Source of the DNA: Plasmodiophora brassicae
Taxonomy: Eukaryota
Assembly (NCBI GenBank): GCA_036867785.1
Contig: CP145417.1
Span: 1,302,001 to 1,366,000, forward strand
Direction of reading: 5' to 3'
Length of the DNA: 64,000 bases
In this document: positions 24,341 to 36,983 of the stretch, in pieces
Layout: each line of letters begins with the position of its first letter
Position numbering within the stretch: position 1 is the stretch's first letter
Translations under genes and position numbers: made by a program
The notes under the pieces: generated by a model
Told to the model about the DNA's origin: nothing
The model's database searches: none
What the model saw: only the letters and a program-made list of their open reading frames with translations

Positions 24341-25953
24341 TCAGGAATGGCCGCATCGCACACAGTCGGCATAGCTCATCAATATCTGCATCTCTTTCAG
24401 TCGGCGCTGGAAAGAACCCGACGTTAGCAAGACAATGTCAAGAGATATGTGGGAGCAGTTCGCCAACCTTGAAATGAGCGACAGAGACAACCAGGACGAT
24501 GAGAAGGGTGGCGCAGACGCCAGCCAGGATGCAAATGCCGATGGTACGGACGTCGATCGGCGAACAATCGGGCGTTGCATGTGGAGAACCGGTCCGGTGG
24601 GCAAACGAGCCAGACGGCTTCGACGCCTTCGTTACGGTCGCCGCCTGGAACGCCTTCATCGCGAAACCCCCAGCGACAGCACCCGATAATGCCGACACGA
24701 TCCCTGGAACAGCAGGTATATCAGGAAGCAAATGCACAATGGAATATAAGGCACAAACCGGCGCTTCGCTGTTGAGCAGCCTGTAGAACGGGAGCGTGCC
24801 CTCCTGTCGTGGGCTTGACGAGGCGACTGACGCCGTAAACAACAGTTGATGCGGTAGCCGCCCCTGTAGCCAGACCAACTCCCAGCATCTGTTTGTACAT
24901 GTGTGTCAGAGACGTCGAGCCATGCATCATAGACTGGCGGTCCACTCGACCTGTTTGCCATATTTGTTGAGAGCAGCGAGAGAGCTGATCTTAGCATTGT
25001 CAAGCGTCGTGGTAAGGTTAACGAGTTTTTGTTGGCACAACTCTAGTCTTGACGTGGTTCGATTCAATTCCAACCGCATTTGATCTGCCTCTGCGTCCAT
25101 CGCGCGACGATCATACAATTGGGCAATGCGCAATGTCTCACCTAAGTGGGACTCGCTCTCCTCAGAGGATGCCTCCACCAAATCGCGTCGAGCATTCCCA
25201 TTGCTCAAGTCAGCTCTCGCCACCTGGGACGTATCGCAATCCCTGTGAAGGCTATCCTCCTTCGTCGCCTTGCCTCCTGCTTGAGATTTCACTATTCTGT
25301 GCTCAGTGGTCCGTAGGATTTCTTGGCCGTCAACACCTGATTGCGAGTATGAACATCCTGGCGCCCTGTTCAACGCAGATCCTTACTGTGCCGCTGCTCA
25401 TTCGAAGTGTCGGGTTGGCGAGGTTTCCGTATCTTGGAATAACTGTCCGCTGAGTCCTGGCGGAATTCAACATACACCACGTCCGACAGATCGTCTGCAG
25501 TGACGTGCGCGAAACGCTGTTGTATGGCTTGCAGCTGGAGTGCTTCGTCAGCCTAATTACGTGGTGGCAGCACAAAACTCTACCGTACCAGAACTCGGTT
25601 GGAACGAACACCGGCTTCATCGTAGAATCGCATTGTAGCGATGGCACGCTCGAACTGGGCCATCTCGAGACTAAGCACCTGAGAAATCGACATTGTCAAT
25701 CCAATAACAGCCGAGACCACGAACATGCTGGTTTCCCTACAAGACTCAGCTGATCCAATATGAAATCGTACTTGTCCTCAGGTACGATTGCCATCTCAAG
25801 AATGGCCGCGATTACAGGAATGCACTGATCGAGCGACACCGCACAACCGGTCCTGATATTTGCCTCGTAGTCCGCTTTCCACGACGTCCCCGATTTGACG
25901 GTGATCAGCAGCACTGCCGGTATAATCGCAGCGATTACCAGCTTCGACGTCAT
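24341..25953 (-). CDS. Array family gene E
   Basis: MTSKLVIAAIIPAVLLITVKS...GCAVSLDQCIPVI; LNRTTSRLELCQQKL; LGVGLATGAATAS; GIVSALSGAVAGGFAMKAFQA; TM; tail RRLKEMQILMSYADCVRCGHS*. Confidence 0.78.
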
Positions 25954-26863
25954 GGTGACTGGCGATTAATCAGGTGTCGAGCGGCAGCCTCGCTTGCGGG
26001 ATTCGACCCGGCCTCCATTTCTAATTCGGGGCGCAGGAGGGCAGCACCGGATTTGAACTTGCAATCCGAACTGCCGTGAAGAGGAGCCGGCATCAACTGC
26101 TAAGCGCTGTGCAGCTGTCCATAAGGGAGTCGAACGCCAGGTGCTGACGACTTGGCTCTCGACTACCGGCGGGCAGAGGAGGTCGACGCGGTCAAGCACC
26201 GATTGCGTATGATTGTCATCCCGGCGTCAGGCGGCGCTGAACGGCAGGCGTTCGATGACATCAGTCCAGGTCGCGGCTCCCCGCTGCCAATTAGGTAGGG
26301 CGAGGCGGGGTCAGCGCCGCGCCGACATGCTATTCAGCAGCGGCTGCGTCCTGGCAGAATGCCGATATTCATTGCATAACGTCCGCTCCACACAGGTCCC
26401 CGATTGATCTTGTTCGAGGCCACGATTCGCGACGGTCGAGCTTGACACCAGCAATATTGCACAACTGCTGGAACCCCTATTTCACAGACTACTACTGTCA
26501 TCGAGCTTCTGGCCGAGCTCCCACTGCCTCCCCAGACATCGACAGCAGAGGTGCTTGCACACTTAAGTCGTACGCTCTCGTATGACCCGGGTATAGTACT
26601 GCAAAGTATCGCTCGCCTCGAGGCGTTCCTTTCGAAAAACAACATTACGACTGTCCAGAACTGGCGGTTGCCGTTAGGGTCATGGAGCTTTACTGTTGAC
26701 CAGACCAAGCCGGCACTTCCACGATCAGTTGGTTTCGCTCTCCAAATTGGCGGGATTGGTTACCAACACGTTGAGACCATCGCAATGCGTATGTGAGATG
26801 CTCCAGGACGACAGTCATGCGAATTAATGAATTGCTCATGGACGACGATGCGTCATCGCCGCC

Positions 26864-27072
26864 ATCGCGATCATCGCGATAATCCTCGTGGCAGTCAGCT
26901 AGAACGTAAACTACGCCGGTCCTGATGTGGTTGATGTGAATCACTGTGGTTGGGACCGCGAATGTCAACTTACACACAGCCTGTTACTTTAAGGCCTGTG
27001 ATTCACATCAGCCACATCAGGACCGGCGTAGTTCTAGCTGACTGCTACGAGGATTATCGCGACGATCGCGAT
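26864..27072. repeat. Inverted repeat, ~75-80-bp arms, 53-nt loop
   Basis: 26864-26944 vs reverse complement of 26998-27072, with one 6-nt indel and few mismatches. Confidence 0.9.
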
Positions 27073-27339
27073 CTGACTGAACGCATTGTGTATCGGAAGT
27101 ATGAAACCCCGATGTCGGCCAAAGTGTCATCGATCCGTGCAAGCAGGCAAATGCACCATTCGTCAATCACGAACGCCTCATTGACTGGGACAACGAATCC
27201 AGACAGCATGCGCTCGCTGAGTAGGAATGAAAACCCAGCAGCCGTCGGCAGGATACGCAACTCTTACCGCCGTTCATTGGATTATTTGAAATGAAATTAA
27301 ACAGGCACTGGTCTGACAGGTCCACTGCCAGGCGTGGCC

Positions 27340-28346
27340 TCAAATGCGATGAAACTGGATGCAGTTGGCACACCTCACTGATGTCACCTGCGAATTCTTC
27401 AAACGGCGCTGGACAGAGAGCACTGACGTCAGCGGCACGAGCCAGTACTCTACAGAGCAAACGGTGTTTGTTGACCTTGAAACGGAGGTGCGAGACAACC
27501 ATAACGATGATCAGGGTGGCACAGACGCCAGCCAAGACATAGGTGGCGACGGAACTGTCACGCGCTGGACGAACGAGCGCATCGGGTGGAGAACCCGCCT
27601 GATGCATTACAGCCGGCGACGACCTCGACGCCTTCAAGGCGGTGACCGACTGGAACGCCTTCAATGCACCACCGCCAGCGATGGCGGTCGATACGGTCGA
27701 CACGATTCCTGTGGGTGAACAGGAGAGCACTCAGTAGAGGACATCCAATTGATAAAACGTCTCTGGCGCAGACCCGAGCGGCGCCTCGGTTGACCAGAAA
27801 CGAACGCGCTCTTCCCCGTCATGGGCGCTGTGCGATAGCCCACACCGTATCCGATAACAGAAGCAGCCGCCGCTACAAGCAGACCAGCGCCCAGCATCTA
27901 TAAGATTGCATGCGTCTACTGTCAATAACATATTGGCTCAAGCACCCGGGCGGGAGTCTGGTTTCGACCTGGTTGCCACGCCTGCTGACAAAGGCCTGGG
28001 AGCCTTTGTCGGCACCGTCCAGCCGGGATTGCAAGCTGGTCAGGTCTCGCTGGCACGCCTGCAGGCTTGACGCGGTCCGGTTCATATCCAGCAGCAGTTG
28101 CTTGACCTGTTCGCCCAAGCCCAACGCGGGTTGCCCGAGCAGATGTGCCTTGCGCAGGTATCGGCCTTTAACAACCATTGTCTTCTTCATCCCGTCCACG
28201 ATCGCACCCGAGCATTTGCGCAGGGTCCTGGCGCACTCTGCAATGATCTTCCGTTCAACATTGCTCCCTGACCACCTATTGGCGTTCGCCGAAAGGACGA
28301 TTGCGGGTAGCAATAGGCAGACAGCCGCGGCAGACTTCCATGTCAT
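27340..28346 (-). CDS. Array family gene F (internally deleted, in frame)
   Basis: MTWKSAAAVCLLLPAIVLSANANRW...ECARTLRKCSGAI fused directly to coiled coil LGEQVKQLLLDMNRTASSLQACQRDL; tail RRLKNSQVTSVRCANCIQFHRI*. Confidence 0.78.
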
Positions 28347-28871
28347 CGCTGGACCCAGACGTAGTCCGAATGGCCCGGCCCTCGTGGTCTGTCTGGTCCG
28401 CGCGCGCCGACCTGTCACGCACCCACGCCGTCATTCTAATTCGGGCATCACCCCCGCCTGCGCATGCAGAACGTCAAACATGGCTAACGACTTTGCCGGA
28501 CGGGTCTGTCCGTTTCGCCATCGGCTTCTCCAGTAGACCCTGCAAAGGGCCGGTCTTCTCCTGCCGAACCCCGTTTCCACTGAACTGGGCCGTTTGATCA
28601 TGATGCCGACGTGTCCGCGATCGCAGCAAGCGACTGCACCATAGACGACGCGACGTTACATGCCGACACCAGGTAACCAGCAGTCACCACGTCTCAACAC
28701 GCCGGCCGTCGCCTGTTTAATTGCCACTGGGATCACTACGAGGACAGACTTCGCGCGCTGCGCTGAACAGGAACGCAAATGCCGTCGGCAGTATACGCAA
28801 CGCATCCGACGATATTCACTCGATGATTTGAAACGAGACACGCACCGGTCTGAGAGGGCCGCGAATTGTCC

Positions 28872-30980
28872 TCAAATGTGGTGACATTCGATGCAATCCG
28901 CGTAATTGACTGATATCAGCTGCAATTGCCTCAGGCGGCGCTAAACAGAGCACGTTCGTCAGCGACACGGGGCAGTGCTATACACGGAGCAAACGGCGTC
29001 TGTCGACCTTGAAGCGAACGAGCAAGACGACCGTAAGGATGATCAGGGTGGCAGAAACACTGGCCAGGATGTAGACGGTCGAGCTGTTGCGCGCTGGACG
29101 ATCGGCCGCCGAATGCATTACGGCCGACGTCGACGATTTGGACGCCTCCAAGGCGGCGACCGATTGGAACGCCTTCAGTGCAATGCCTCCGGCGATGGCG
29201 GTCGATACCGTCGAGACGATCCCTGGGTGAACAGAAGTACACTCAGCACATGACATCCGGTCCAACAAATTGAAACATCGCTTGCACAGACGGGAGGGGC
29301 GTTTCGGTTGACCTGCAGAAACGGGGGCGTCTTTCCCGGGGGCGGCGCGAAAGCCAACACCATACCCAATTATAATTGACGCCAACAGGCCGGCGCCCAG
29401 CACCTTGGAACGAACACGGCTACTGTCACTCATGGCGAAGGCCGCCGGATGGGCACGGCCGCTTTCGACCTGATAGACGCGCCTGCTGACGTCAGCGGTA
29501 TGGGAGTCGTTCATCGCATCGCCAATTTGGGTGTGCATGCTGGTCAGGCCTTGCTGGCACGCCTGCAGGCTTGAGCGATTCCGGTGCTCACCTAGTAGCA
29601 ACGTCTGGACCTGTCCGTCCAAGGCCAACGCGGGTTTCTCGAACGCTTGGGCCTTGCGAGTCGCCTCGTTCAACACACGTCCTCTATCAACGCCCCAGGG
29701 TGCCTGTCGCACAACGAGTAGGGCATCGGTGTCGCCGATCGCAATATTGCCCTTCGTCTGGTCATCCTGGGCCTTGGTTGTCTGACCGATCGCTGCCGGA
29801 TCCACTCCAGACGCAAGCGGGGTGGGCGGGTCCATTGGCTGACTTGCCAGGGCCAACGTCGTCTCCTCGCGAACCGAATTCACACACGATATCGGGTCTT
29901 CATCAGGCGCGCCGTGCTCGGTGCCACTCCCCCCTTCAGGAACTTCGTGAACATCCTCTTCCGACAATTGGGCGTCAACTGGTGGGTTGCTGCCGCCGGG
30001 CTGGTGGCAAAGGGCCGAGCGGTTAGTTGACAATACTGGAACAGCATTGGCGCTTGAATGGGCCAATGGCGCCTCCTGATCATGGACCATGTTCAGATCC
30101 GAAATCGGGTCTTCCAGTGCCCCCTGCTTGCTGTCATCCTGCCCGTCAGGAACATCAATATGGACGTCCTCGTCTTCCGACAATGTGCCGCCAAATTCCG
30201 GCATACTCACGCCGCGAGCTAACTGAAGACCAGCGTCAGCCTTTGTGGTATCGTTCACACCAAGGTTTCGGCTAGCGGACATCGACACGACGTGCCTGAT
30301 GCCACCAAACTAATGACACAGGGCACACCGGTTACTTATCAGCCAATCGGGGAACAGCATAGGAGCTTGTTTCGTGACTGACAGCAGTGGTACTAGCGCC
30401 AGGGTTGAGAATTTCGCCAACGGCGTTGACGATGTTCTCACGTATGTGGATACGCTGTACTGGTCGGTTAGATCTGTAAGTAATTTAGATGCAGGATACC
30501 TTACCAGTTTCTTGTTAACGTTCCTTCCTGCAAAGAATTTCCGAGCGGAAGTCGAGCCGGTCCAGAACGGCTTCAGACACGCGGCGAGCTGCACAAAATG
30601 ATGGTTAGAGCAAACCCTTCATGCGAATCACCTCATAGGAAGTACTTTGGCCAAGGTGTTGATGTCATTAACAACGGTTTCTCGGTGCAGGAACTTAGTG
30701 AGCGCCTGGACATATATGAATTACCACCGTGTCATTCCAGTGTCACGCATTCACGCTCGCTCCCTTTCACCTGATTCATTTGCTTGACGATAAACGGGTA
30801 TCGGCCTTCAGGGACCACCGTGTTCTGCGTTTCGTCCACGATCGCCTCCGTGCATTTACGAAGGGACTCGGCGCACCCGGAAATGATTCTCCATTCATGG
30901 CTCCCTGGCCACCGGTTGGCGTTCGCTGAAAGGACTAGAGCTGACACCAGGCAGACAACCGCCGCCATCTTCCACGCCAT
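28872..30980 (-). CDS. Array family gene G
   Basis: MAWKMAAVVCLVSALVLSANANRW...GCAESLRKCTEAI; long acidic linker; SSLQACQQGL; VLGAGLLASIIIGYGVG; tail RRLRQLQLISVNYADCIECHHI*. Confidence 0.8.
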
Positions 30981-31240
30981 CGCTGCACCCGAACGCGTAT
31001 AGCCAGAATGGCCGGGCCTCGCGCGTCTGTCTGGGTACGAGCGCTGACCTGTCGCGCACTCTCTCGCGCAGTCAGCGTCAGCCGCGCGCAATTCTAATTC
31101 TGGCATCACCCCCCGCCTCGGCGGGTGGCCTGCTGCCGGCAGGATACGCAACGCCAATCGACAGTATTCATTTGGATGGTTTGAAACGAAACACGCACTG
31201 GCCAGCTGACAGGGACGTCTGCGCTGCCATGCACATAGCC

Positions 31241-33144
31241 TTAAACGTGGTGGCATTGGACGCAGTCGGCGTACTTCATTGATGCCAGCTGCAGATCCTT
31301 CAGACGGCGCTGCACAGAGGACGTTGTCAGCGACACGAGGCAGCACCACACAAAGCCGGCCGACCTTGAAACGAACGAGCGAGACGACCATAATGATGAT
31401 CAGGGTGACACAGACGCCGGCCAGGACGTACGCGACGATCGAGCTGTCACGTGCTGGACGAACGCGCGCATCGGGTGGAGAACCCACCGGGTGGGTTACA
31501 GCCGACGTCGACGATCTGGACGCCTTCACGGCCGCGACCGACTGGAACGCCTTCAATGCGACGCCCCCGGCGATGGCGGTCGATACGGTCGACACGATCC
31601 CTGGGTGGACACGGAAGTTCAATCAGTACACGACATCCGGTCGACAATTAACGTCGCCGGCGCTGACCGGATCGGCGCTCCGGTTGGCCAGAAACGGGCA
31701 CGTCTTTCCCGGGAATGGGAGCGGCGCGATACCCGACACCGTATCCGATCACTGAAGTGGCAGCCGCTGCCAGCAGACCAGCGCCCAGCACCTAAACAAC
31801 GCAGGCGTGATCTACTGTCAGTCATGTTGACGCGAGCACCCGGGCCGGACACGTCCGGTTCCGACCTGATTGCCACGCCTGCTGACAGCGGCCCGGGAGT
31901 CGTTGCTCGCACGGTCCAGCCGGGATTGCATGTCGGCCAGGTCTCGCTGGCACGCCTGCAGGCTTGCGTTGGTCCCGTGCATATCCAGCAGCAATCTCTT
32001 GACCTGCTCGTCCAAGTCCAGCGCGCGTTGCTCGTGCAGTTGGGCCTTGCGTATCGTCTCGTCCAAGAGACGTCCGTTATCGACGCCCCGGCTGGGCGCC
32101 TGTGCCACATCGCTGCCGCGAGCCGCGTTGTCCTTCGTCTGGCGATACTCCAGTTGGTCACCCTGGACTTGGGTGGCCAGCTGGCCGGTCGCTTCGGAAC
32201 CCGACACGAACGCGGTAAGCGGATCCGCCTGCTGGTTTGCCAACGAACGGGCCAATGTCGTCTCCCGATCGTGAACCGTTGTCAAACCCGGTTCAATCGG
32301 GTTTTCCGGCGCCCAGTGCTCGTCGGCATCCCACTCTTCACGAGCGTTGTGGAAACCCACGTCTATCTCGTCATCCTCCGATATACCGACGCGAGTCGCG
32401 TCCGCCTTTGTGGTATCCTTTACACCAACTCGGCTGGACGACGCGGGGCCGGCGTGCCTGACGTCGACAGGCTGGCGGCACAGAACACAACGGTTAGCAG
32501 ACAATCCGGGAACACCAACGGTGCTCGTTTCGTGTCTGACATTAGTGGTTGCTCCAGGGTTGAGAATCTCACCAACGGCGTTGACGATGTTCTCCTTGAG
32601 GTGTGTAAGCTGTACTGATCGGTCAGACCCGCGAACCTCCGGAACCAGAACAACGTACCAGCCCTTCGTTTTCGACAATTGATTTCCGTGAGGAGCGCCG
32701 GTTACGTAAGGCGGTCCACAACGGCTCCAGGAACTCTGCGACCTGCACCAGTCGACAATCAGGAGAAACGCTTCATTAGAGCCACCTGCTACGACGAACA
32801 TGTTTCAGCGTGTTGATGTCTTTGACGACGTCCTCTCGGTCCACGAATGCAGTGACGGCCTGCATAAACCATCGACGTCATTCAAACGTCGCGGATTGAC
32901 GGTCGCTTCAATGCCAGGGGGTGTCGCTCACCTGTTTCAACTGGTTCGTGATAAAACCGTACTGCTCTTCAGGAACCAGCGTGCTCTTCATTGCGGCCAC
33001 AATCGCGTCCGTGCATTCAAGGAGGGACTTGGCGCACTCGTAACGGATATCCTCATCGTCGTTCTCTGACCACGGATGGGCGTTCGCCGAAAGGCATAGC
33101 GCTGATAGCAATATGCAGACAGCCGCGGCCACCATCCACGACAT
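31241..33144 (-). CDS. Array family gene H1 (short exon-3 type)
   Basis: MSWMVAAAVCILLSALCLSANAHPW...ECAKSLLECTDAI; canonical GT-AG introns give an open frame to RFK|RRLKDLQLASMKYADCVQCHHV*. Confidence 0.85.
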
Positions 33145-33252
33145 CGCTGGCGGAAACGTTCTCAGGACGACCGGGCCTCGTTCGCGTGTGGAGCTCAGTC
33201 GCACGCCCTCAGGGGCCGTCAGGCAGCATCAGGCTATATCAGGAGCGCATAA

Positions 33253-33264
33253 TTCTAATTCGGG
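33253..33264 (-). promoter_or_regulatory. Conserved upstream motif CCCGAATTAGAA (representative copy)
   Basis: Same or variant motif ~65-115 bp upstream of the ATG of each family gene. Confidence 0.6.
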
Positions 33265-33324
33265 CATCACCGCGCTGCGGCCAGAAATGACTTACCTGAG
33301 CAGACTCTGCCGGACGGCTTTGCC

Positions 33325-34785
33325 ACAGACGTTGAGGTAACGTGGCGCAGATCGACGGCGAAGCGATCGCGGAATGTGGAGGTGCATCTCTTCGAAATCG
33401 GCAACGAACCTGTTGTCGTCGCCGTTGTCCGCCTTGTATGAGTGGTCGCACGGTTCGCCTAAGAAAGAACACCATTGCCTATGCCCATGTGGTAAGCCGA
33501 ACAGAACAGATAGAAACCATCCCAGAGATTATTGTACCGATTACGAGCCGTGGTCCGATTTGCATCTGACCCGAACTCGTGTATGACGTTGGAGCGCTGA
33601 CAGCACGGCCACGACTGGCCATCATGCTTGTAGGGGCGGCGATGCAACTAGCAACGTTCAGGTCAAAGACGACAAAGTTCCCAACAAGGAACAGGAGATG
33701 ATTCCAGCGACGAACTCGAGAGAATTTGCCTGTGGCAATACGTCGAGTTCATATGCGACTTCATCTCACGGGCAGGATATGAACCAGCGAATGAAACGGA
33801 TCGCATTGTCAAATGTTCTAGTCAAGCATGCGCGCGCGACTGACGTACAGATATCGTAACGCGCCGGCTCGGGATAACGTCAGGCAAAGCGTCTTCCAAG
33901 AACCGACGCGCGTCACGATCAAACGTTCGTGGCTCAAAGCTTTCGAAATTGTCTTGAACAGGTGGAGACGTAGTACTGGAAGACTGTGATCCAGAATACA
34001 GCGCGGGCAGAAGCGAAACCGCCATTAATGAAGCGGAACGCAATTGCGAACGAAGGCGCGACGGCGAGGTCACTGGTCCACACCATGGCACAATGGACCT
34101 TCCATTCGAGATGGGTACTCCGGCTTGTCAACGTTGCCGGACACCCATACAACCAGCGCCGAGTTCATTGCCTAACGCTGATTACCCCGAGCCCGTTTCA
34201 CATCCAGGGGCCGACCATAATAATTTCCATTAGGAGTCGTTATTGGCCGGCGCCCGAATTCCATTTCATCTGATTGAGGTATCAGAGGGAACCCACATTA
34301 CCAGTCTTGGAAACGAGTTACCTGGACACTTGCCTTCGAGGTCAAACGATTGTTATAGGGACGCCCTGGTGGTAGTGGCCTCGTAGGAAATCAGCACCAA
34401 ATGTCATCTGGATTGTCAGCGACTTTGATGGTTCCTGGGAGACGTCCAGATAAACCAGTACAAAGGACCCCAGCGAAGGGTCCTCTCGTGTAGGTGCACC
34501 AAGCATCTAATCAAATGATGAGCGTTAGAGAAAACGATTATGCTGCGGGCAGGACACACCGATAGTGTGAATAGGGATGGTGGCACGATTGACTCCAGAC
34601 GTGCCAGCGAATCGCGATCTTGCCAACAAGTAAATTCCACGCCTGTCTCTTGGAACGATTTCGCAAGCAACGTCGATTCCGCATGCAGAAATTCGAAGGC
34701 TGCCTTCCAGAAGACCACTGCGGGGGAGTTTGGACCAGATTTAAACACGGGAGACAATACAGAGCTAGACTGGTGAAACCGATGC
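33325..34785. other. Degenerate ~1.45-kb spacer element, repeated in every unit and truncated in the last
   Basis: Homologous to 5040-6090; absent from the otherwise alignable F-G intergenic region near 28510. Confidence 0.55.
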
Positions 34786-34996
34786 CTTTCACCATGGCCA
34801 AACCAAGGGGCCGGTTTTCGGCTTGACCGCCATCATCAGCCGCGCGCAATTCTAATTCTGGCATCACCCCTCGCCTCGGCGGGTGGCCTGCTGCCGGCAG
34901 GATAAGCAACGCCAATCGACAGTATTCATTCGGATAGTTTGAAACGAAACACGCACTGGCCAGCTGACATGGACGTCTGCGCTGCCATGCATAGCC

Positions 34997-36983
34997 TTAA
35001 ACGTGGTGGCATTGGACGCAGTCGGCGTACTTCATTGATGCCAGCTGCAGATCCTTCAGACGGCGCTGCACAGACGACGTTGTCAGCGACACGAGGCAGC
35101 ACCACACAGAGCCGGTCGACCTTGAAACGAACGAGCGAGACGACCATAATGATGATCAGGGTGACACAGACGCCGGCCAGGACGTACGCGACGATCGAGC
35201 TGTCACGCGCTGGACGAACGCGCGCATCGGGTGGAGAACCCACCGGGTGGGTTACAGCCGACGTCGACGATCTGGACGCCTTCACGGCCGCGACCGACTG
35301 GAACGCCTTCAATGCGACGCCCCCGGCGATGGCGGTCGATACGGTCGACACGATCCCTGGGTGGACACGGATGTTCAATCAGTACACGACATCCGGTCGA
35401 CAATTAACGTCGCCGGCGCTGACCGGATCGGCGCTCCGGTTGGCCAGAAACGGGCACGTCTTTCCCGGGAATGGGAGCGGCGCGATACCCGACACCGTAT
35501 CCGATCACTGAAGTGGCAGCCGCTGCCAGCAGACCAGCGCCCAGCACCTAAACAAAGCAGGCGTGATCTACTGTCAGTCATGTTGACGCGAGCACCCGGG
35601 CCGGACACGTCCGGTTCCGACCTGATTGCCACGCCTGCTGACAGCGGCCCGGGAGTCGTTGCTCGCACGGTCCAGCCGGGATTGCATGTCGGCCAGGTCT
35701 CGCTGGCACGCCTGCAGGCTTGCGTTGGTCCCGTGCATATCCAGCAGCAATCTCTTGACCTGCTCGTCCAAGTCCAGCGCGCGTTGCTCGTGCAGTTGGG
35801 CCTTGCGTATCGTCTCGTCCAAGAGACGTCCGTTATCGACGCCCCGGCTGGGCGCCTGTGCCACATCGCTGCCGCGAGCCGCGTTGTCCTTCGTCTGGCG
35901 ATACTCCAGTTGGTCACCCTGGACTTGGGTGGCCAGCTGGCCGGTCGCTTCGGAACCCGACACGAACGCGGTAAGCGGATCCGCCTGCTGGTTTGCCAAC
36001 GAACGGGCCAATGTCGTCTCCCGATCGTGAACCGTTGTCAAACCCGGTTCAATCGGGTTTTCCGGCGCCCAGTGCTCGTCGGCATCCCACTCTTCACGAG
36101 CGTTGTGGAAACCCACGTCTATCTCGTCATCCTCCGATATACCGACGCGAGTCGCGTCCGCCTTTGTGGTATCCTTTACACCAACTCGGCTGGACGACGC
36201 GGGGCCGGCGTGCCTGACGTCGACAGGCTGGCGGCACAGAACACAACGGTTAGCAGACAATCCGGGAACACCAACGGTGCTCGTTTCGTGTCTGACATTA
36301 GTGGTTGCTCCAGGGTTGAGAATCTCACCAACGGCGTTGACGATGTTCTCCTTGAGGTGCGTAAGCTGTCCTGATCGGTCAGACCCGCGAACCTCCAGAA
36401 CCAGAACAACGTACCAGGCCTTCGTTTGTGTCCATTGGATTCGGTCCACATATAGATGCGACGGGCCGGAACAGCTCGAAAGGTAAGAGGGACTGGGCCA
36501 GGGTGAAATACGAGTCTGTCCAGGCGTTCCGGATCGGATCGGAAGATGAGGCGGTCCACAACGGCTCCAGGCACTCTGCGACCTGCACCAGTCGACAATC
36601 AGGAGAAACGCTTCACTAGAGCCACCTGCTACGACGAACATGTTTCAGCGTGTTGATGTCTTTGACGACTTCCTTTCGGTCCACGAATGAGGTGACGGCC
36701 TGCATAAACCATCGGCGTCATTCAAACGTCGCGGATTGACGCTCGCTTCAATGCCAGGGGCGCCGATCACCTGCTTCAACTGGTTCGTGATGAAACCGTA
36801 CTGCTCTTCAGGAACCAGCTTGGTCTTCATTGCGGCCACAATCGCGTCCGTGCATTCAAGGAGGGACTTGGCGCACTCGTAACGGATATCCTCATCGTCG
36901 TTCTCTGACCACGGATGGGCGTTCGCCGAAAGGCATAGCGCTGATAGCAATATGCAGACAGCCGCGGCCACCATCCACGACAT
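34997..36983 (-). CDS. Array family gene H2 (long exon-3 type)
   Basis: As H1 but exon 3 is VAECLEPLWTASSSDPIRNAWTDSYFTLAQSLLPFELFRPVASICGPNPMDTNEGL (+28 aa). Confidence 0.85.

Noticed and set aside
26330-26800. Plus-strand ORF remnant (LAHLSRTLSYDPGIVLQ...)
   Set aside because: No credible start, upstream stops, no recognisable domain
31491-32618. 375-aa plus-strand ORF and its copies
   Set aside because: Antisense shadow of the H genes; its conservation only reflects the DNA repeat
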